Shown here piece after piece: positions 57,219-64,000 of a stretch of DNA of 64,000 bases (position 1 is its first letter; the number at the start of each line of letters is the position of its first letter). The notes beneath the pieces are model-generated. The model was not told the origin of the DNA. It did not search any database and saw only the letters and a list, made by a program, of their open reading frames with translations. Source of the stretch: an uncultured Candidatus Poseidoniales archaeon (lineage in GTDB: Archaea; Thermoplasmatota; Poseidoniia; Poseidoniales; Poseidoniaceae). Where the stretch lies: NCBI GenBank assembly GCA_905181715.1, contig CAJIYT010000006.1, positions 6,315 to 70,314 on the forward strand. The letters run 5' to 3'. The translations under genes were made by a program, and so were the position numbers.

Positions 57219-58476
57219 TATTCCACCTCATTACACTTGGGATTGCTGAGCCAGCACTGATGCTACGCATCCCATCTTCTGTCCTTAACCATGTATCTTC
57301 AATACCAATTGAGCCGGTTTCGTGGACTACTTTCGGTTCGATAGCCATAACGCCGGCGACCGGTAATGGCCTGTCAAATCCTGCTGCGACCACGGGGGTC
57401 TCATCAAGTTGCAAACCGATAGAATGGCCAAGGAAACGTGATTGATCTGGAGCCATGCCCATCAAATGATCTGCATGACCTAGTTCTTCTGCTAGTTGCA
57501 GGCCTTTGTGCCATGCTTGGGAGCAATCCTCGCCCTCACCTAGAGATTGGACTACACAATCGCTGACATCTATCATGTCATCAATTCGGTCCTGCCATTG
57601 TTGAGAAAGTTCACCGGCGACAAACATACGAGTCGCATCTACAACATAGCCACGATGAACATGAACCAAATCAACTAGTACAGGCTCGTCTTTGACCACC
57701 TTGGAAAAGCCCGACCCCATCGATGACATTGGATGAGGGCCACTTCCACCGATAGCCGAATCGAAAAAAGAAGGGATGCCGCCTGCACGACCAGCCACTA
57801 TTACTCCACGATCACATTGCAACGGAAACCGGCGCATCTGAACATTGCCACCAAAACCGGACTTACGGCTGACAGACTCGGCTGCCGCTACCAATTCCAA
57901 TTCAGTAATACCAGGTTTTCCTGCCGATAAAACAGCCTCAAACATCTGACTCTGAATGTCAGCAGCTTCGTCCATCATCGAGATTTCCCATGCACTTTTC
58001 ACTTCGCGCTGATTATGGATTAACGAGGTGCAATCTTGTGTTGATCTTAGTAGCGTAGCGAAACGCGAGATGAATGAATGGGGAATCTCGCCAAATTGTA
58101 GAGCAGGGCTTTGGCCTAGAATTTCACTAAATTGGCTTAGAGATGGAAATTTAACAACCCGATGAGGAGAGTCTCCTTCGCCCGATTCATAGAGTGCTCT
58201 TGATAGGGAGCGGCGAACGAAGAGGGTAGCCTCACCTTCTGCTGGAACGAATAATGATGCGTTCTGCCGCCCGCCAGAATAGTAGTAAAGGTCAACAGGG
58301 GTTTGGATTAATGCTCCACTAAAACCCTCATCACGCAATCGATTACGGAGCCCCTCTTGACGAGATTCTAGTTCCGAAACAGGGACACGCCAATCCTCGC
58401 CTTCAGGGCCACAGATCTCGACCCCCATCTCCTGCATATCACTCGGGTATAGCCGATGGTTCAAAACCACTCGCAT
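57211..58476 (-). CDS. M24B Xaa-Pro aminopeptidase family (Creatinase_N plus M24)
   Basis: DLYYYSG, REVKSAWEI, VLVDL....GY..D.TR, GHSIGL, IEPK, GIEDT. Confidence 0.9.
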   Translation of the reverse strand: MRVVLNHRLYPSDMQEMGVEICGPEGEDWRVPVSELESRQEGLRNRLRDEGFSGALIQTPVDLYYYSGGRQNASLFVPAEGEATLFVRRSLSRALYESGEGDSPHRVVKFPSLSQFSEILGQSPALQFGEIPHSFISRFATLLRSTQDCTSLIHNQREVKSAWEISMMDEAADIQSQMFEAVLSAGKPGITELELVAAAESVSRKSGFGGNVQMRRFPLQCDRGVIVAGRAGGIPSFFDSAIGGSGPHPMSSMGSGFSKVVKDEPVLVDLVHVHRGYVVDATRMFVAGELSQQWQDRIDDMIDVSDCVVQSLGEGEDCSQAWHKGLQLAEELGHADHLMGMAPDQSRFLGHSIGLQLDETPVVAAGFDRPLPVAGVMAIEPKVVHETGSIGIEDTWLRTEDGMRSISAGSAIPSVMRWNNE

Positions 58477-58501
58477 CTAGAATGGTTCTAGTTTACTCGG
58501 C

Positions 58502-59452
58502 CTATTCGACGATTTGTAACTCACGAGCGCTAGTATTTGCCAACCGCTGTTCGGCAATATCACAATAATCCTTGAGCAGATCCATGCCTATCCAATGACG
58601 GCCACATTCCTTTGCAGCAATCGCAGTTGTTCCTGAGCCTAAAAATGGGTCGAGAATTACATCACCAGCGAAACTGAACATCTCGATACAGCGCCGTGGT
58701 AATTCGATTGGAAACGGAGCCGGATGGTTTACTCTTTTGGCTGATTCAGTTGGAAATGACCATATTGATTTGGTCTGCCGAATGAAATCATCTCCCTCTA
58801 TTGTATCGATGCGACCGTCAGATCTTTGCGATTTACTCCTGGGTAACTTGTAATTTCCTTTACTGAATATCAGCAAATATTCGTGAATATCGCGTAAACA
58901 TGGATTGGAAGCGCTCTTGAAACTACCCCATGCACAAGACGAACCAGCACTGGCACTCTTGTCCCAAATCACTTCACCACGGTGAAGAAAACCAATGCTA
59001 TTCATCATGAGATTGATGTGACTAGAGAGAGGGATATACGGCTTACGTCCAAGGTTTGCGACATTAACCACCATTCTCCCACCCGGGGCTAATACCCGAT
59101 AGCACTCGCTGAATACAGCATTCAATAATTCGAGATACTCGGTTAATGACAAATCTTCATCATACGCCTTACTCGCATTATACGGTGGCGAGGTTACTAC
59201 CAGATGTACACAATTATCCGGCATATCCATCTTCCGACTATCGCCACATATCACTCGATCTTTGAATTCATCTGGCAGTTTTTGCTCAATACCAACATCG
59301 CGTTGATTGGCGAGTTCATCATACATACGGGCAGAATAGTAGGTACTAGAATCATGACCTTCACGTTTGGAAACCCCAAAATCGCTAGTTGAAGTACGCG
59401 CACGTGATCTCGGCCCTTCAAAGGAATCGATCCCCTTATCTTTATCCGCCAT
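58502..59452 (-). CDS. Orphan site-specific DNA methyltransferase (N4-C/N6-A, beta-class motif order)
   Basis: LVVTSPPY (motif IV) precedes HPAPFP and VILDPFLGSGTT (motif I); no endonuclease gene adjacent. Confidence 0.92.
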   Translation of the reverse strand: MADKDKGIDSFEGPRSRARTSTSDFGVSKREGHDSSTYYSARMYDELANQRDVGIEQKLPDEFKDRVICGDSRKMDMPDNCVHLVVTSPPYNASKAYDEDLSLTEYLELLNAVFSECYRVLAPGGRMVVNVANLGRKPYIPLSSHINLMMNSIGFLHRGEVIWDKSASAGSSCAWGSFKSASNPCLRDIHEYLLIFSKGNYKLPRSKSQRSDGRIDTIEGDDFIRQTKSIWSFPTESAKRVNHPAPFPIELPRRCIEMFSFAGDVILDPFLGSGTTAIAAKECGRHWIGMDLLKDYCDIAEQRLANTSARELQIVE

Positions 59453-59557
59453 CAAATCACATCCTCCTCAATGAGATTATGATGTTTTGCAAAAATCTGA
59501 CTTGCTTGACGCGCGTTTGGACCGAGTTCCTCAAGAACCAAACGCGACTGGAGCGGA

Positions 59558-60823
59558 TTGATGGAGAGGGTTCTCACCATTGACGATGTCCAACTCGATG
59601 GACGCACTGTCCTTGTTCGCGTCGATATCAACAGTCCGCTCGACCCAGAGTCGAAGATATTTCTTGATTATACTAGAATGAAGATGATATTACCAACTTT
59701 GAACAAGTTGGCTAAAGCCAAAGTTGTAATTCTTGCTCATCAATCAAGACCTGGAAAGAAGGACTTCATTTCCACACATGCGCATGCGAGAGAGTTGCAG
59801 GGTATGATCGGAAGGCCTGTTAAGTGGGTAAACGATATCCATGGTCCTACTGCTCTGAAAGCGATTGAGGAGATGAAGGATGGAGACATACTGCTATTGA
59901 ATAATGTACGGATGGATAGCGATGAAGTCAACCTAAGGGGTGATTTCAACACACTCTCTGATTCCACTTTAGTGCAAAGATTAGCTAGCGTCGCTGATGC
60001 GTTTGTCTACGATGCTTTCGCCTGTGCTCATCGCGCCACTCCTTCGACGACAGGCTTCACTCACCTTCTGCCTTGTATCAGTGGCGAATTGATGAGGTCG
60101 GAAATAAGTATTCTCGAAGGCATCATCAATAATCCAAACCGACCATGCATCGCTGTTCTTGGTGGTATCAAAGTCGATGATTCAGTCGGAGTTGCTGATA
60201 ATATGCTGCGCACAGGTGTTTGTGATAGAATCTGGGTGACTGGCGGTGTAGCTAACTTATTCCTAGAGATCTCTGGGATAGAAATAGGGCAACTAAACCA
60301 TAATTTCCTAGTAAAAGAATTGGGTAAAGCTTGGAAAAGCACTGTTGAAATCGCTAAATCGTTATTGCGAGATTTCCCTGATAGCATTGTTTTACCAACC
60401 GATGTGGCTGCCAATGTTGAGAGTAGTCGTGTCGATCTACGTGTCGAGAATTTGCCTTTGGAAGCACCATTATTCGACATAGGTATCAACTCGATTCGAG
60501 CCTTATCGAAGGCGATTAAGCAAGCAGGCACGGTGATACTCAATGGACCAGCAGGTGTTTTTGAGATACAGGATTTCGCCTTGGGTACAATAGAGATGCT
60601 CAACGCCTGCGCAGAAAGTTCGGCATTCACCGTTATTGGAGGCGGTCATACCGCAACCCTGGTTAAGAGGATGAATATATCGAAACGAATGAATCATGTG
60701 TCGACTGGAGGGGGGGCTTGTCTTGAGTTATTGGCCGGAAGAACCCTACCGGCATTGGCAGGCTTAGAGGCTAGTGCAAAGCGCTTTGAAATGAGTATCC
60801 AAGAGCCGATTGATAATCGGTGA
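59558..60823 (+). CDS. pgk: Phosphoglycerate kinase (archaeal type)
   Basis: VLVRVDINSP, AHQSRPG, LLNNVR, DAF..AHR, LGGIKVDD, NGPAGVFE, GGGHT, HVSTGGGA. Confidence 0.97.
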   Translation: MMERVLTIDDVQLDGRTVLVRVDINSPLDPESKIFLDYTRMKMILPTLNKLAKAKVVILAHQSRPGKKDFISTHAHARELQGMIGRPVKWVNDIHGPTALKAIEEMKDGDILLLNNVRMDSDEVNLRGDFNTLSDSTLVQRLASVADAFVYDAFACAHRATPSTTGFTHLLPCISGELMRSEISILEGIINNPNRPCIAVLGGIKVDDSVGVADNMLRTGVCDRIWVTGGVANLFLEISGIEIGQLNHNFLVKELGKAWKSTVEIAKSLLRDFPDSIVLPTDVAANVESSRVDLRVENLPLEAPLFDIGINSIRALSKAIKQAGTVILNGPAGVFEIQDFALGTIEMLNACAESSAFTVIGGGHTATLVKRMNISKRMNHVSTGGGACLELLAGRTLPALAGLEASAKRFEMSIQEPIDNR

Positions 60824-60847
60824 TGTCTTGAGCGAAGCCGGTGTGGC

Positions 60848-62116
60848 TTGAACATGGACGATGAGGGCATCCTTTACACGAATGCCATTCTAATCGACGA
60901 TTACCAACAGCGACACTTAGGCGATTTCATTCTCGGTGCAGATGGCTCGTGGTCCAGTGCTAAAGGCGATGAAGATGTCAAGGAGAGAATCGATGGTTCC
61001 AACCGCCTCATCACACGTGGTTTGCAGAATTGGCATACCCATCTTGCTATGCAATTGAACGCTAGGGATTTTAGCGATGGTGCTCCGCTTAATGAATGGC
61101 TTAGAAATTCAATTTTCCCAACAGAATTACGCTTGAGCCGTGACATATGCCGATCAGGAGTTGCAGCTGCAGCCGCTGAGATGATTAGCACCGGCTGCAG
61201 TTTTGCCAATGACATGTATCACTTTCCTGAAGCGATTGGTCCTGTGCTTGGAGATGCCGGCTTGAGAGCGCAAGTCTCAGGTCCGGTGACAACTTGGCCA
61301 CCAACTGCGACCGGTGATGACGAACAAGCCCTGCGCGAGTTGCGAAACCTACTATCCGAAGGGCCAATCGCAGGTGGTAGAGTGAGTTATGGCGTCGCTT
61401 CACATTCGATTTACACCTGCAGCGAAGAAACCCTGTTGAAAGGTAGAGATTTAGCACTTGAATTCGATGCAAATCTCCATATCCATGTTTCAGAAACCCG
61501 TAAAGAAGTCGCTGATTGTTTTGACGCACATGGTATGTATCCAATCGAATACCTTGACTCGCTTGATTATTTCATCGAGGGGAAGGTGAACTGCGCTCAT
61601 GGTAGCTGGGCCAAGAAAAACGAGATGAGAATCCTAGCTGCTAAAAGTTCTAAGATGATACACTGCCCTTCCTCAAATATGAAGCTCGCGTGCGGAGGTA
61701 CTCTTTCTCTTCCAGCATATCTCGAAGCAGGAGTGGATGTGAGAATCGGCACCGATGGTAGTGCTTCCAATGGCAATGGTCTGGATGTGTTGGCCGAAGC
61801 GAGAACTGCAATTCTAGTTCAGCGTCATGATCATTGGAATGCTGGAGAATTGACCGCCGCTGCTGCTTTTGCTATGGCTACTGCAGGTAGTAAGGATTGG
61901 GCTGTATGGAATCTGAATAATATCCGCATGCACCCAGTTGGTCGATCCAATAACCGACACATTGCTAATTTAATCTATAATGGCGCTGAATGCCTCGACC
62001 TTTGGGTTGATGGTAAGGCATTACGAAGAGATGGCATAACGCTTACCCTAGACGAGGAAAAGGTCATCGAAGAATTGAATCATGCAGTCGATGATTATTA
62101 TCGAGAGATCGAGTGA
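60848..62116 (+). CDS. Metal-dependent amidohydrolase (MTA/SAH deaminase-like)
   Basis: NWHTHL, HSIYTCS, HIHVSET, HCPSSNMKL, GTDG.ASN. Confidence 0.88.
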   Translation: MNMDDEGILYTNAILIDDYQQRHLGDFILGADGSWSSAKGDEDVKERIDGSNRLITRGLQNWHTHLAMQLNARDFSDGAPLNEWLRNSIFPTELRLSRDICRSGVAAAAAEMISTGCSFANDMYHFPEAIGPVLGDAGLRAQVSGPVTTWPPTATGDDEQALRELRNLLSEGPIAGGRVSYGVASHSIYTCSEETLLKGRDLALEFDANLHIHVSETRKEVADCFDAHGMYPIEYLDSLDYFIEGKVNCAHGSWAKKNEMRILAAKSSKMIHCPSSNMKLACGGTLSLPAYLEAGVDVRIGTDGSASNGNGLDVLAEARTAILVQRHDHWNAGELTAAAAFAMATAGSKDWAVWNLNNIRMHPVGRSNNRHIANLIYNGAECLDLWVDGKALRRDGITLTLDEEKVIEELNHAVDDYYREIE

Positions 62117-63253
62117 TCATCCAACCTCAAAGAAAGCAATACCAAGAACCACATAACAAGCGATTAGCATTGCACCCTCAAGCCAATTTGATTTACCATC
62201 AGACAAAATCATATTGGCAATTAGAATTGAGATGAAAGTAGCAACTGTCTCTAATATCCCGAAGTCCATTGAGAGGTCGACCCCCATTACCCAGGCGAAT
62301 ATCACCATTAACGGTGCTACGAATACCGCTATTTGCACGCTGCTGCCGATAGCGATGCCAAGAGCGAGGTCCATCTTGTCCTTGCCCGCTACCAATACTG
62401 CCGAGAAATGTTCTGCTGCATTACCAAAGAATGGCAGCAATATGACCCCGATGAATAACTCTGGTAATCCCCAACTACTCGCTGCATCATGGATTGAATG
62501 GACTAATATCTCAGCCATTATTCCAACGAAAATAGTTGCTAAAATCAGCAAGGTCCAAGCATCTTTAATCGTCATAGTGGGATTATCATGAGCTTCCTGT
62601 TCATGTGCAGGCTCGTAGAGATAAGTATGGGTTTTCAATTGGAATATCAAAGCCAGACAATAGATCAATAAGAGTACGATTGCAGCATATCTAGATAACT
62701 CAAGCACAGCAGTTGAAGTTCCACCTGCCATGCCTAACGCGAATGGGATTATCAGTGCCATTACCGCCAACATCAGCAATGAACCATTGGACGAATTAGC
62801 ATCTGTACTGAATTTTTGCTCGCTGTGATTTATTCCACCCCATAATAATGCTAACCCTAGAACTAGGAGTAAATTACCCAAAATAGAACCGATTAAAGAT
62901 GCTTTAACTACCGTAATCATGGTATCAGCAACCTCAGGTGAGCGATATGCAGTGATTATCGCAAGTGTAGCGATTATTATTTCCACAGCGTTACCAAAAG
63001 TAGCGTTTAACAGACCCCCTATTGATTCGGAGTAACGCAGAGCAATCTCTTCGGTAGCTTTACCCATCAAGAAGGCTAAGGGCATTATTGCTACCATTGA
63101 CGTTGCAAAGGCTAAGGTTGGATCGTGAGCAAAAAATTTCGCCCACAAAGCTAATGGTACCGCTAATAATAGCCAATTTAATTTATTGGAGAAAGGTGAA
63201 AACGACTGAAGAAGAGCGTTGCCACTATTTGCTTGAACGACCTCTTCAGCCAT
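62117..63253 (-). CDS. Ca2+/H+ antiporter (CAX/ChaA family)
   Basis: GGLLNATFGNAVE, GSILGNLLLVLG, GNAAEH, GSSVQIA, SNWLEGAMLI; SD GGTGAT before ATG 63253. Confidence 0.94.
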   Translation of the reverse strand: MAEEVVQANSGNALLQSFSPFSNKLNWLLLAVPLALWAKFFAHDPTLAFATSMVAIMPLAFLMGKATEEIALRYSESIGGLLNATFGNAVEIIIATLAIITAYRSPEVADTMITVVKASLIGSILGNLLLVLGLALLWGGINHSEQKFSTDANSSNGSLLMLAVMALIIPFALGMAGGTSTAVLELSRYAAIVLLLIYCLALIFQLKTHTYLYEPAHEQEAHDNPTMTIKDAWTLLILATIFVGIMAEILVHSIHDAASSWGLPELFIGVILLPFFGNAAEHFSAVLVAGKDKMDLALGIAIGSSVQIAVFVAPLMVIFAWVMGVDLSMDFGILETVATFISILIANMILSDGKSNWLEGAMLIACYVVLGIAFFEVG

Positions 63254-63264
63254 CCTATCACCCC

Positions 63265-63999
63265 TCAATCCTTCTTACGGGTGACTTTGCGTCCAACTTT
63301 GCGGGCAGCTGGCTTACGAGCAATCTTCCGCTTTGGTTTTTGCATAGCCCCTTCAGTCTCATCATCATCAAAACCAAAGTCGTCGATATCCTCATCATCC
63401 TCATCTGGAATCTCAACAACCTTCTTTTTCTTTGGCCGAGTCTTGCGCTCCAACTTATTTGCGGTGTCAAAGGGATCGTCTTCTTCCTCTTCCTCAGGTT
63501 CTGCAGATACTGCTTTTTCTTCTTTAGCGCCGCCGCCAGTAGCGATATCATCCATGTCTGGATCAGCCGAGGTGCCGATGAATTCTGACATCCAGTCTTC
63601 ATCTTCCTCATCATCATCACGACGCTTCTTTTTAGGTGCAGAAAGGGATGTGATTAAGATCATAGCAGCAGCGATCAATGAAAACATACTGACGCCAGAG
63701 ATTATCCAAACCAGAGTATAAGGTGCATCTGCAAAGGTCGGGTCATTATAGACGACTTCAGGATCATCAGAGACAGGATTTTCGTTCTCACAGATGGTCG
63801 CACCATCTTCGCGGTGACGGCACCAATCGACAACGAAAATAACACTGCTATCTTTTTCATTTCCTGCAGTATCAATGGCTCTGATGATTACTTGGTGTTG
63901 ACTAAATTCGAAATTCCCAGCAGCGAATTCCATTTGGAAAGACCACTCGTTATTATTCACATTTAGGATATTGAGTCCGGTCACATTACGCCATGGCTC
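63265..63999 (-). CDS. C-terminal part of a membrane-anchored protein cut by the window edge (Ig-like domain, TM, acidic then Lys/Arg-rich cytoplasmic tail)
   Basis: The frame is open to the window end (EPWRNVTGL...); TM WIISGVSMFSLIAAAMILI; tail KPKRKIARKPAARKVGRKVTRKKD. Confidence 0.8.
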   Translation of the reverse strand, partial: EPWRNVTGLNILNVNNNEWSFQMEFAAGNFEFSQHQVIIRAIDTAGNEKDSSVIFVVDWCRHREDGATICENENPVSDDPEVVYNDPTFADAPYTLVWIISGVSMFSLIAAAMILITSLSAPKKKRRDDDEEDEDWMSEFIGTSADPDMDDIATGGGAKEEKAVSAEPEEEEEDDPFDTANKLERKTRPKKKKVVEIPDEDDEDIDDFGFDDDETEGAMQKPKRKIARKPAARKVGRKVTRKKD

Positions 64000-64000
64000 A

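Noticed and set aside
58502-59452. Type II restriction-modification system
   Set aside because: The neighbours are pgk and an M24 peptidase; no endonuclease-like ORF is adjacent.
63233-63721. Plus-strand 162-166 aa ORFs opposite the last gene
   Set aside because: They are antisense shadows of the low-complexity acidic/basic tail on the minus strand.

Overview
The window is archaeal chromosome, most consistent with a marine Thermoplasmatota of the Poseidoniia / Marine Group II type. This placement is an inference from archaeal-type rpl18e-rpl13-rps9-rpoN and pus10-rpl21e-rpoF-DUF655-rsmA operons, bacterial-type ligA and katG, and many very large acidic secreted proteins with DxDxDG (TSP3-like) Ca-binding repeats. 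Both ends cut through genes. I find about 56 coding regions, four tRNAs (Pro-GGG, Arg-CCG, Arg-GCG, Leu-TAG), no rRNA, no CRISPR array and no integrase or transposase. An AT-richer accessory block of surface proteins and peptidases lies between tRNA-Arg(GCG) and tRNA-Leu. The most notable observations are: (1) a 260-aa protein with three apparent histone folds, at the end of a run that starts with an orphan DNA methyltransferase and includes a Zn-finger gene; (2) a protein with several Tudor/chromo-barrel domains and an EF-hand region, whose last domain resembles the MRG15/MOF methyl-lysine readers; (3) a coupled trio of two Reeler-like surface proteins with atypical Cys..CH motifs and a DUF2231-like membrane protein; (4) a Pus10 carrying an inserted SAP domain; (5) a polysaccharide deacetylase interrupted by a single in-frame TAA. 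All family assignments are by motif recognition only; no searches were run.
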